From: Octopus vulgaris
Taxonomy: Eukaryota
NCBI GenBank assembly: GCA_951406725.2
Contig: OX597839.1
Coordinates: forward strand, 31,620,001 to 31,684,000
Length of the DNA: 64,000 nt
Reading direction: 5' to 3'
Part shown: positions 12,751 to 23,895 of the stretch, piece by piece
Layout of the letters: each line of letters opens with the position of its first letter
How positions within the stretch are numbered: the first letter of the stretch is position 1
Notes under the pieces: generated by a model
Told to the model about the DNA's origin: nothing
The model's database searches: none
Seen by the model: only the letters and a program-made list of their open reading frames with translations
Position numbers and translations under genes: made by a program

Positions 12751-13498
12751 GTCTTTATTGATGAATTTCTTTTTGTTTTCGTAACAATAAATTATGAAAG
12801 GAAAACAATAAACTTTACTAATAATATATTGTATTACTTGAGCTATAAAATATCTATATTCATTTTATTTTCCTCATTCTTTTGACGTTGAAAATTTTTA
12901 TTACCAAATAAGGATATTAAAATAGACAGGCTTGAATGAGTGATAAATTCTAACACATGGATGGTGTCTTCGTTCACCATTTTTTAATGCTGGAATTTCA
13001 GTTTCTTTTTAATGCAAACCTATTATTTTATGTAGCAATAAAAAGTATTCGGACAGCTAACACTGTTGACTGGAAACGGCCATGAAATTGGCACCTCTTT
13101 ATAGTAACAGAGTCTCTGGAAAGAAATGTCAAAGATCAGAGATGATAAAAGAGATTGAAGAGGTGTTTAGCTCCGGCACAACAAAGACATTTCTGATATC
13201 CATAAGAGTTTATAAAAAAAATAATACCAATAAGAAAATGACCTACTTATAGATGGGAACTAGTCAAATGAAGTATTTAGTGCAATAATTCTGCTTTTCT
13301 GAGTTCGGGTTTTGTTGTGTGTGTGTGTTTGTGTGTTTACATCCATATCTGTGCAAATACACATCGTTTGGTTAAGAGTGGATGAAGATGTTAATGTCTT
13401 TTGTTTAGAAAAATCTGAATTGAAACAAAGAGATAAAACCAACTGAAACACTGGCACAGATCAAAGTACAACAGATGTGTGATTGTATGCATGTGTTA

Positions 13499-13536
<38 letters not shown>

Positions 13537-13739
13537 CTATGTATTTGTTAATGTGTGCAGGTGTATATTCGTATCTTCACTGTGACCATTTTAGAGAATA
13601 AAAGGTCAGTTTAAATTTGTCCGTTCCTATTCTAGCTTAAAATTTACAAAGGTCTCAGTTAAGAAGTCTAAGAAAATGCAAAATTTTGCTAAATTCCAGT
13701 TTTTAATTGCAATTGATAGGAATTTCATCAGAGCAGAAA

Positions 13740-13920
13740 ATCTTCAGCTGATGGTGGCCCGATGGTGGTTGCATGTGGGTGATGCATTTAATGCAGAATG
13801 TGCACTAGCTTCAACTGGTCATCAGGACTGAGTGGCCAGAGAGAAATACTAAGGCAGACCCTGAAGACTGGTGGACTTTGATCTGACAGGCAACATTTAC
13901 TAAATGACCTGGGACTACTC
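13740..13920 (+). mobile_element. Decayed RTE-type LINE C-terminal remnant
   Basis: Frameshifted resemblance to RWxGHVMRM...GRPxKTW. Confidence 0.35.
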
Positions 13921-14184
13921 ACCTGGTCTTCAATAAAATGACAAACTGAAGCTATTTAAAATAAAATATTTGCCTAAAAATACAACGAACCACCCCCAAA
14001 AGATTTGAACTCCTGATATCAGTGTAACCCACCTACTACTGTATTGTCAAACTCATATTCCATAAATTTAATCATTATTTCTTTTTGTATTTTCACCTTT
14101 TCTACCATAGTGGTAACATTAAAGTAACTTATTACCTCTGCCTTAACGAAGGAGCAGGTATTGTTTTTAGTCGTGTTTGATTGT

Positions 14185-14521
14185 CCCCTGATGGGCTCCT
14201 GTGCCAGTGGCATGTAAAAGGCACCATCTGAACATGATCGATGCCAGTGCCCCCTGACAGGCTCCTGTGCCGGTAGCATGTAAAAAGCACCATCCAAATA
14301 TAGTTAATGCCAGAGCCCCTTGACTGGCTCCTGAGCCAGAGGCACATAAAAAGCACCCACTATACTCTTGGAGTGGTTGGTGTTAGGAAGGGCATCCAGT
14401 TGTAGGAACTTTGCCAGAACAGATTGGAGCCTGGTGCAGCTTTCCGGCTCGCCAGTCCTCAGTCAAACCATCCAACCCATGCCAGCATGGAAAGCGGACG
14501 TTAAACAATGATGATGATGAT
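14185..14521 (+). mobile_element. Family B with three tandem units of about 66 bp
   Basis: Units start at 14185, 14251 and about 14316; canonical B 3' end and (ATG)n tail. Confidence 0.9.
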
Positions 14522-14525
14522 TATT

Positions 14526-14745
14526 AAGGCAGTGAGTTGGCAGAAGCATTAGCACCTTGGGAAAAATGCTTGGAGGCATTTTGTCTGTCCTTATAGTCTG
14601 AGTTCAAATTCTGCCAAAGTTGTCTTTGCCTTTCATCCTTTTGGGGTTCATAAAATAAGTACCAGTTGTGTAATGGAGTTCACGAAACTGATTTATTCCT
14701 TCCTCTGAAACTACTGGCCTTGTGCCAAAATTTGAAACCACTGTT
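14526..14745 (+). mobile_element. SINE family C
   Basis: GGCAGTGAGTTGGCAGAA...GAGTTCAAATTC...GCCTTTCATCCTTT...GGCCTTGTGCCAAAATTTGAAAC, then (TTA)n. Confidence 0.85.
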
Positions 14746-15548
14746 ATTATTATTATTATTATTATTATTATATCAAAAATATAAAATTAAAGAAGTGCAT
14801 CAAACAGAATGACTGCCTCCACATCACTGCCAACATTCTGTATAAATGTTACTAAATTTGGAGAGCCACCTCACTCATGTTAACATGAAAGTAAAATAAT
14901 ATGTAAATATTTTCATTTAATAACATATAACTGTAACTGTATATGCATGTTGTGTGTGTGTGTGTGTGAGCAGAAAGATACACACACATAAAACATGCAT
15001 CCATATATGTGTATATACCTACACATGCAAATATATACATATCAAAATATATAAATACACACACACACATACATGCATTGCCAATATATGGTAAATATTA
15101 ATGGCTACAAAGAACCAATTGATATTTATATATATATATATATGTGTAACCTGTAAGTGAAGGCCAGTGAAGATTTATCCTCCCAAAACATCCAGTGATT
15201 TATATATTTTGAAGGAATGCAGTCCTTCTTAAAACTTCAAATCTAACACCAGTACAACATGTTGGCAAACGTTATTGGACAGCTTACAGAAAACTGTAAT
15301 ATTTCTGTAGATTGGGTTCTTATTTGGAAAAAGATGAAATCATTTCAACTATTTTGGATGGTTTTTTTTTAATCACCAATATAATTCATTGTCATAAATA
15401 ATGTATAATCTATATGGCCAAGAAATTACACACACCTACCTACACACACATGCACCCCCCACCTACAAACACACCTACAAACACACACACACACAATTTG
15501 TAAAACAAATATAAATTATGGGTATAATTCAATTTTTCACCAGATTAC

Positions 15549-15638
15549 CTTAGTTTTTCTGTCTACATTAACAATATTGGTGGGACGATGCCAGAATTTG
15601 TAGATTTTCAGACAAGACACTTTAAGGTACTTGGTCAT
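15549..15638 (-). CDS. Weak candidate first exon MTKYLKVSCLKIYKFWHRPTNIVNVDRKTK, phase-0 donor
   Basis: ATG plus 30 open codons ending AAG|gtaatc; could be chance. Confidence 0.15.
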
Positions 15639-16046
15639 GTTCCCCTTTCTGTTTCACCCTTCAGGGAAGCAGGGATACAGTGCCTATGACCCACTTACAG
15701 GGCCTCTGAAAAAATAGCCCCAAACCAGAGACCTGGCTTAAATATTTACTTGCAAGAGAGTGAACTCTGCTAAAGGGACCCAGGATGCCAGGTGGTAGCA
15801 TTAAACCAAGGAATGTGTTAAGTCTAGACCCATGTGAGCCATGGTAGGATCTGACCTCAAAACTGAAAGTTTCAGAAAACATGTCACAATCCATCCAGAC
15901 CAGTTGGTACCCATTTTTTTTTTTTGAGCCCCCAAAATGAAAAGCAACGTTGACTTTCACAGGTTTACTACAAGCATTTCAATACATCTGAGTTGCTGCT
16001 CTAACAACTCTGTTAATTCATTGAGGACTTTGTCGAAGCTGTTTAT

Positions 16047-16265
16047 GGTGGCAAACTGGTGGAATGGTTAGCACACAGGAGGAAATGCTTCGCAGCCTTT
16101 CATCTGTCTTTACATTCTGGGTTCAAATTCCACCGGGGTCGACTTTGTCTTTCATCCTTTCAGTGTCGATAAAATAAGGACCAGTTGTGTACTGGGGGTC
16201 GATGTAATTGAATTACTCCCCCCACCCTCAAGATTACTGGCTTTGTGCCAAAATCTAAAACCAAC
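16047..16265 (+). mobile_element. SINE family C
   Basis: Same motifs as 14526. Confidence 0.85.
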
Positions 16266-17384
16266 ACATAACTCTATCATACTGGCTATGACAGCTCAGA
16301 GCTAACATATTTTATCAGATATGACAACATTTATTTAAGATGTCTTATTTGAAAAGACAATATTTTTGGCATGTATTTGAAATTAAATAGGTTATATGTC
16401 TGGAAAAGATGAAAAATCAATACAGCAACAACAACAACAACAACAACAACAATAACGATGATGATGATGATGCTGGTGATGATGCATGAAACTGAAATAG
16501 GATTGTATTCCTCCTGCACCAGCCAATTGTACTTTTTCTTTTTTTCTCTTTTTAAATTATCTTCCTCCTAACAATAAGACATTCATATTTCTTCTACCCA
16601 CTCACCCCCACTCGTTCACAACCACCCACATGCAATACATCTAACAAAATCTAGAAAAAAAAAGGAAACAACAACAACAAAAAAAACAAAAACAAAGCAA
16701 TAAGAAGTAAAAGACCACTCAATAAATGTTTTCAATTTCTGGAAGAGCAATATTGGACTTAGTGCTTCTCCATAGAAATCTAACAGATTTACTGGCAATC
16801 TTTTTTTGTTAATGCCACCAAATGCTTGGCTTTAAGTATCAGAGCCAATAAAGAAGAAGAAGAAGAAGGAGTCGGTTCCAAAGACCAACAGATCGTGTGT
16901 GTTCTTTCTTGCTGCTCTGTGTGTTTACATAGTTGTGGCATCCAGCCAAGTATTATCTCCAACGACAGCTAATCTTCAACAACTCCAATTTCAATCATCT
17001 GCGACAACAATCTTGAAATAAATTTCTATTTAATTCTATAAATTCAGTTTGGCTTCATAAAGTTTTCATCTCTTTCATCAGAATTTCTTACTGCCTGCAT
17101 AAAATGCTTTCCTAATCGTCTGTAGTTTCTTACAAGGGTTCAAAACCAAGTTGATGGGTCCAAGCCAGCAGACGCTAGCAGCACAAAAAACAAAAAAAGC
17201 AAAAAAAGAAAATGCCTGACTTCCACCTCTGTCAGAATGCAACCAAATTCCAAGCAGATGTGTGTAGTTTTCTAGCTGCATTTTGTTGCACAGTTTGCAA
17301 GATCTAACAGACAGGAATCAGTGGTTTGAGTCAGTGCACACTGCTCAGGGTAGAGAGTCTGCTCTATAAGCATTATTGTAACAT

Positions 17385-17540
17385 ACTGTGTTCTGAGTTC
17401 AAATTCTGCCAAGGTCGACTTTGTTTTTCATCCTTTCGGGGTCAATGAAATAAATACCAGGTACATACTGAGGTCAATGTTACTGACTTATCCCCTTCCC
17501 CAAAATTTCAGGCCTTGTGCTGATAGTAGAAAGGATTATT
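17385..17540 (+). mobile_element. SINE family C, 5'-truncated
   Basis: GAGTTCAAATTCTGCCAAGGTCGACTTTG...TCATCCTTTCGGGGTC. Confidence 0.8.
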
Positions 17541-17589
17541 GTAACATCCTACACTAGTCTGGGTATGGCAACAGACTAAGTGTATTTTC

Positions 17590-17900
17590 AGCGATGAGAG
17601 TTGGGAACCAGTGATGCTGTGGAGGCAAGATCTCATCAAAGGAGATGCAACAGAAAAATTCAGATCCTTAAAGCCTTGTAACATTGCTAAACACAAAATT
17701 GAAGATTTTGATGTAAAGATTCTTGCCAAGAGGTTGTTATTTGTTAGTGGTGATGTAGTTGATGACATGTGAACTTTTGCAACCCCCAGCAGATCCACCC
17801 ATGACATCCTCTCTACCAGAAGAGATACACTAACTCAAGAACAAATCTGGTGTCAGGGGTCAATTTGGATTGGGCGTGACTGTTGCTACTGAAACAGACT
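17590..17900 (+). mobile_element. Tx1/L1-clade LINE reverse-transcriptase remnant
   Basis: Frameshifted VTLLNTKLKIL..ILAKRL...TFATPSRSTHDIL resembles the L1/Tx1 RT segment PITLLNxxxKILAKVLAKRL...PGRSIHDN; similar to 45040-45430. Confidence 0.65.
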
Positions 17901-18254
17901 GACATCCTAACCATAGAAAAATTCATTTGTCATCCACTTCACATTAAGAAAGCAGAGTTAAACATCATTCTATAAATTAAGGGTATTAGGAGATAAGTGC
18001 CACCCTTATTTGGGATGAAGGTTTAGCTCTACAACAAGCTAGCTTAAGGTCAAAGGAGATGATCTCAAACAAATTATCATTGCTAACTAAAGGGGAAATT
18101 TTATCCACGCTCCTCTCCTTATCAACTGGAGTTTTCATGTATTAACTCTACAGCTGGACACCTATCCCTGTCCCTCCACACCCCTAAGCTCTCATCAACT
18201 GGCACAAAGCCATCACCCCCTCTTCCAAGCTGAGGTGGGTTTTGCTTTACAAGT

Positions 18255-18515
18255 TACTCAGTGACCCTGTTGGTGCTGGTATCACACAAAAAGCACTAGT
18301 GAAAGTGTCACGTAAAAAGCACACTGGTACCGATACAACCAAAAAAGCATCCAGTACACTTTGTAAAGCAGTTGGCATTCGGAAGGGTACCCAGCTGTAG
18401 AAACCCTGCTAAAACAATGGAGTTTGGTGTGGCCTCACCAGCTCCTGTCAAACCATCCAACCCATGCCAGCATGGAAAACGGATGTTAAATGATGATGAT
18501 GATGATGATGATGAT
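18255..18515 (+). mobile_element. Family B
   Basis: Core repeats, B 3' end, (ATG)n tail. Confidence 0.85.
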
Positions 18516-19336
18516 GTATGATGTGAAGTGGAGTATAAAGATATGTTTGTTGTGTGTGCAACTGATGTTGTTGGTGGGTGGGTTAAATTTAGGCAATAAA
18601 CACAGAACAAAAACATTCTCAATTGAAAGTTCTAAGCTTCTCAAGTGGAACAAAGTTAAAAAAATAATTGACTTGAAACAATAATGATCTTGATGATAAT
18701 AATAATAATAATAACAACAACACATTGTGAGAAAATTGCATGCGTCTTTCTGGTATATTTTGGAATCATGGCACCTTCAATTTAATTTCCTTTGAGATCA
18801 TGAAATTTTCCAATTTTGAAAAAGAAACCAGTGGACCAGTTGAAAATATATAAATAAATAATGACATTAAAGAGACAGATTAGAAAAAACATAAGTTTGT
18901 GTGTTTGTGTTTTGCTTATTTTAACCTTTTTGTTTGACTTGTGAATAGAACCTAATAGAAACTATGAAGATCATAAAAGCTTCCTTGAGAGCTGTCAGAT
19001 AATAAATGATCGTTAAGCTTAAGATTCTGCATTGTTGTTGTTGTTGTTGTCGAACTGTTTGAACTAAATTGTTCTTTTGTCTTGTCTTTATTATGTTTTT
19101 TTTTTTGTATTATTCCATTTCGGATATGAGAGGACATAGCAAAAAGTACAAGATGAAAAAAAAAAAGGGGAAAAAGAAATAAAATTCTGAATATGTTTAG
19201 GAAGAAAGAAAGTGTTATAATTGAGCCAAATAAATAAATTACCTGGAAAATCTTATCTATTTTTGTTGTGACTGTCTGTTTCTAATTACTGGTTCACTTT
19301 ATTATTACTCACACACACACTCACAAACACGTGCGC

Positions 19337-19389
<53 letters not shown>

Positions 19390-19639
19390 GATGATGATGA
19401 TATATATATACATAAAACTTATTCTGAGTTCAAACAAATGTGTTTTAGGATTACAGTTAGTGAGAAGACAAAGTGCATTATTTAAACCAACTTTAACACG
19501 CACATATGCAGATCAGGGAACCAAGATCTGGCCTAGAATTCTGCCGCTTGTGTCCTATCTAGTGCATGTTTGTATGTATGTATGTATGTATGTGCCAACA
19601 TTAATATGTAATGCAGTTGTTTGAGATTTTAGTGAGACA

Positions 19640-20560
19640 GTTGTTTAGCTTCTGATAGGGTCACAAGATCTATATTGAAGTGATGAAAGAGAAGAATCGG
19701 TGCAGATAACTGTCTCAGAAGAGAGGCATCCAGTGATGTGTGAATGTGTGAAGCAAAACCAGAACCAGTAATAAACTTAATAAGGAATGGAGATGAGAGG
19801 TGGGTGTATAACCGAGTCACCTCAGTCATGTATTGATTATATACCTGGGGGAAATCCCCTGTGGGTTCAGATTGGTCGGGGTGGGAATTTCTGTACACTA
19901 AGTGTGTCGGTGGCACGTAAAAAGCACCTACTACACTCACGGAGTGGTTGGCGTTAGGAAGGGCATCCAGCCGTAGAAACATTGTCAGATCAGACTGGGC
20001 CTGGTGCAGCCTTCCATGCTAGCATGGAGAACGGACGCTAAACGATGATGATGATGATGATGATAAGAGTTATGTTCTCAGAACAGAGTCTGTTGAAGAA
20101 CTGCAGGAAAAGGTGAGAATGTGGAAGAGTGATTCAGAGTCAAAAAAGACAAAAAAGATGGCAAAAGAACAGTTATTAAGAGATGACAAACCAGATGCCT
20201 ATTGGGAAGGAAAGAGAGAGTTTTATGGGAAATAAGTGAGTGCTGTGTGATGAGTGGACAAAGAAGGAGGAGTGGATAAAAAGGTACCCAGTGATTTCTG
20301 GTTGTAAGGCATAATATCAGGACTTGAGCTGCTCCAGATGTGTTATGTAGTTCTCAGCAGCACAAATAATTATGTAACATGGGCAACCATGTAATGAGGG
20401 AGGCACAGACGACTCTTTCGATGTAGCAAAATGAGATCTATTACTTGGCCAGTGTAATGAGGTCTAGAGAGAAATCTAATGAAAGTATAACTGAAAGACT
20501 ATGAATGGAGCAGTAGAAACCCAGTTAAACATTCCACCTGGTCTTTGAGAAAATGGTAAA
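19640..20560 (+). mobile_element. Decayed RTE-clade LINE RT region, interrupted by a family B copy
   Basis: ASDRVTRS (AFDRVPR), EVGV (VGVHQG), WEFLYT (WELLYADD), VLRTESVEELQEKVRMWK, and YYL...ESIT-R in the expected order, with stops and frameshifts. Confidence 0.75.
19905..20063 (+). mobile_element. Family B, young, with internal deletion
   Basis: Matches 986-1163 but lacks about 40 bp. Confidence 0.9.
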
Positions 20561-20979
20561 CAAAGAACACAAATTTGCATGGACAGTGGGATTTGTTTAC
20601 AATCAGCATGCAAATGTCAAGTTAAGGGGAACACACACACACACATATATCCTCGAAACTCTCGGCTGTTGATCTCGTTACTTCAGTAACTTCCCACCAA
20701 TTAAAAATTACAGTATAGGAACTTGCACACTGGGTCCTATATCTTCTGTTTTTTTTCTCTCTCTTCCATACACACATACACAAACATGTGAACACATAGA
20801 GGCATAACAAAGTGGTACTTGAATATGAAAGGTAGGGGGAAACACAAGGTTTTATTGAAGCAGAAGAATGCCACAAGGGGTCACTCAAACAAATGTCTGA
20901 TGATTGGTTGTATAAAACTGAGTAACACTTTACGAAATTTTGCAGCTTCAATAAAATACTGTCTATCATATATATATAT

Positions 20980-21160
20980 GATAGATCGTTAGCCACTACA
21001 CACATTTTGTTCTCTCCTTCTTTTTTCTGTGTCCCTTTCTGTAGAAGAGTGTAGGCTCGAAACGTAAAACACTTTTTCTATTCCTGAGTGTTATACTAAT
21101 ACATCTGTTTGTTTTGTACACCACCTGCCTTCGTCTTTTGGTTTTTTCGTAAACTCTCCC
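20980..21160 (+). mobile_element. Short (TA)n-embedded element with a hammerhead-like core (Penelope-like non-autonomous element?)
   Basis: TA arrays on both sides; CTGTAGA-A-GAGT-GTAG-GCTC-GAAACGTA; shares motifs with 27379-27685. Confidence 0.6.
21035..21070 (+). ncRNA. Degenerate minimal type-I hammerhead ribozyme-like motif
   Basis: Stem I TTT/AAA, core CUGUAGA (A6 changed to U), stem II GAGT/GCTC, GAAA, palindromic ACGT stem III, GUA triplet. Confidence 0.5.
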
Positions 21161-22062
21161 TATATATATACACACACGCACACATGGATGCATGTATATA
21201 AGACACACCTCTTTCCCTTCCATGAGCTACCATAGGAGACACGAGACACTAAGACAGCAATGTCCACAGAGTGGGAATGAACTCATAACCAAGTGGTTCT
21301 GAAACAAACTCCTTCACCACACCCCACACAGCCGTATCTGAGCCCTTCAGGCACCTTCAGTATCTCCACAGATAATACACATTTCCACTTTCCCAATTAA
21401 ATATTCATAGAAGTAATCTTTAAACTACTTCCCTTCTTTAAATATTTATGGCTCTTATTTCTTTTGCAGTGTTATAAAAACCAACCGATACAATTAATAC
21501 AAGTCTTTATGCAGACCTTCAAATATTTACTGGTTTAATACGTACAATTGATATTTTTATCTCCTTTTGTAATATTCATCTATGTCCTTCAGCAATACTT
21601 GGAGCCATGCCAAGCGTTCAGCTAGGATAAGAATAATAATAATAATAATAATGATAATAATAAAAGTAACGTGTTCCTAAGGACCTCTATGAAGATTTAC
21701 AATGTCTGCAGCTCCCCGGTTCACCATGGAATGTCAATTATATGCTACATTAGCTCTGTTATAGATATTATTGTTGAAGTATACAAAGTTGGTATCCAGG
21801 AAATACTATGAAACCCTGTCGTGTGTAATCTGTTGTATGTGTCTGCGTGCTCATGTCTGTTTCAAAGTAACTACACACACACACACACACACACACTCAT
21901 GCACACACGCATACATACATACATACATATGCACATACATACATACGCACATACATACATACATACATACATACATACATACATACATACATACATACGT
22001 AGAGACAGACAGACAGATATGTGTGGAAAGAGAGACAAAGAGAGAACCTACAAATTTTATAG

Positions 22063-22390
22063 CCACAGGCATGATTGTAAGGAGGTTGCTTCCCAACCAC
22101 ATGGTTCCAGGTTCAGCCCCACTGTGTGGCTCCTTGGGCAAGTGTCTTCTGTTATAGCCTTGGGCCAACCAAAGTTTCAGGAGTGGATTTGGTAGATGGA
22201 AACTGAAAGAAGCCCACCATGTATGAGTGTGTCATTATGTTTGCCCCTCCCCCACCTCAATTGCTTTACAATCCATGTTTGTTTGTTTATGACCCTCTAA
22301 ATTTGCTTTAAAAAATAGTTTTTCAACTAAAAGTGGTGCCCCAGCATGGCCACAATCCAATGGTTGAAACAAGTAAAAGATAAAAGATAT
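22063..22390 (+). mobile_element. SINE family A
   Basis: tRNA-like head, TTGGGCAAGTGTCTTCT, 3' CCAGCATGGCCAC...GAAACAAGTAAAAGA. Confidence 0.85.
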
Positions 22391-22396
22391 ATTTTC

Positions 22397-22520
22397 ACAG
22401 GCATGACAGTGTATTCAAGAAGTTTTTTTCTCATTCACAAGACTTTCGGTTCAGTCCCACTGTACAGCACTTCTTCTTTAGTACTGGGCCAACCAATGCA
22501 TCGCAAGAGAAAATACGTAG
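22397..22520 (+). mobile_element. SINE family A, diverged 5' half
   Basis: GGTTCAGTCCCACTG...TGGGCCAACCAA. Confidence 0.65.
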
Positions 22521-22634
22521 ACTAATGATACCCTCTGAAAAATATACGTATTTCACCCCAAAAAAGCAATCCTTAAAATGCTTGATGCAAAACGTTGAAG
22601 ATGTGATCAAAAGAATCTGATGGGAAGCGGAGGA

Positions 22635-22680
22635 GAGTTTCGTCTGATGACTGCAACAGCATGAAACTCAGGTCACAACA
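22635..22680 (+). ncRNA. Hammerhead ribozyme-like motif
   Basis: CTGATGA (22644-22650), C-TGC-AACA-GCA-T stem II, GAAAC-TCAG-GTC, stem I GT/AC. Confidence 0.5.
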
Positions 22681-22780
22681 TAAATTCTCAGCTGCAGTTT
22701 AAATAAAAAAAAATCATATCCTCTGCAATACGCATTGAGCACTCCTTTCTCATTTGTTCTACATTAAGAAACATACATAC

Positions 22781-22821
<41 letters not shown>

Positions 22822-22829
22822 TATATATA

Positions 22830-23224
22830 TAGGTGCAGGAGTGGGTGTGTGGAAAGTAGCTTGCTTACCAACCACATGGTTCCAGGTTCAGTCCCACTGC
22901 GTGGCATCTTGGGCAAGTGTCTTCTGCAATAGCCCCGGGCCGATCAATGCCTTGTGAGTGGATTTGGTAGACGGAAACTGAAAGAAGCCTGTCGTATATA
23001 TGTATATATATATATATATGTATGTGTGTGTTTGTTTGTCCCCCTAGCATTGCTTGACAACCGATGCTGGTGTGTTTATGTCCCCGTCACTTAGCGGTTC
23101 GGCAAAAGAGACCGATAGAATAAGTACTGGGCTTACAAAGAATAAGTCCCGGGGTCGATTTGCTCGACTAAAGGCAGTGCTCCAGCATGGCCGCAGTCAA
23201 ATGACTGAAACAAGTAAAAGAGTA
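22830..23224 (+). mobile_element. SINE family A, full length, young
   Basis: GGTGCAGGAGTGG...GGTTCAGTCCC tRNA-like head, CORE-like segment, internal (TA)n/(TG)n, 3' GAAACAAGTAAAAGAG; flanked by TA repeats. Confidence 0.95.
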
Positions 23225-23699
23225 TATATGTATATACACACATAAAGATACATTTAACAATATACTTAAACACACACACACACACAGAGTTAGTAATCTA
23301 CAGATATTGATAACTTGTCTTATATCGTTGTTGTAATTGTTGTTGCGTGCCAAGTTTACAACTTTGTATCAATTCCCAGCTGACTGAAAGGCAAAAACAT
23401 CATAGCCCCACTGTTAGCTGTTTCCATAAGTATATCAGGGTCCTTAGCTGTTTTATTGTAATTAAATCTGTTTTTATAATCGATGCACTTAAAAGCTGAA
23501 TCCATTAGACCTGCCTGGCAGCAATATAGTGGAGACCTAAGTAAAACAATGCCCTGGGTCTCCAACACAGATAGCCAAAGCACTGAAATCCCTAGAGCAC
23601 CTGTGGGGCCACCAGTCAATAGTCTATGGTGCATATGGCTTAAGGGGGCACTGAATAACTCCCTATAACAAAAACTATCTGCAAGTTCATTGCATTTCC

Positions 23700-23895
23700 T
23701 GTCAACAAGGGATCCTGCATGTAGTCACTAGACCTGCACAAAATAGCAGTTAAACCTCTCTCTCAAATAGCACTCTACCACATGAAATGATATAATGGAC
23801 AGTGTTGTCCCTAATGCACAAGAGTGGTCACAAATGAAATACACCTTTTGTTATGGATCTGCTCAACCAGGGCCAACCAGGGATTCAACAATGAC
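23700..23895 (+). repeat. Repeat family E
   Basis: CACTAGACCTGC..AAATAGCAG...CTGCTCAACCAGGG. Confidence 0.65.

Noticed and set aside
14185-14360. CRISPR-like repeat-spacer appearance
   Set aside because: Spacers are homologous to each other and lie inside a eukaryotic retroposon; no cas genes.
18952-19243. ORF MSSHIRNG... and a possible 56-nt intron at 19187-19242
   Set aside because: The ORF crosses poly-A and (ACA)n and ends in a stop without a good donor; the intron is very short.
23356-23668. Overlapping ORFs in a higher-GC unique stretch
   Set aside because: No recognisable motif or splice sites; probably an old TE fragment.
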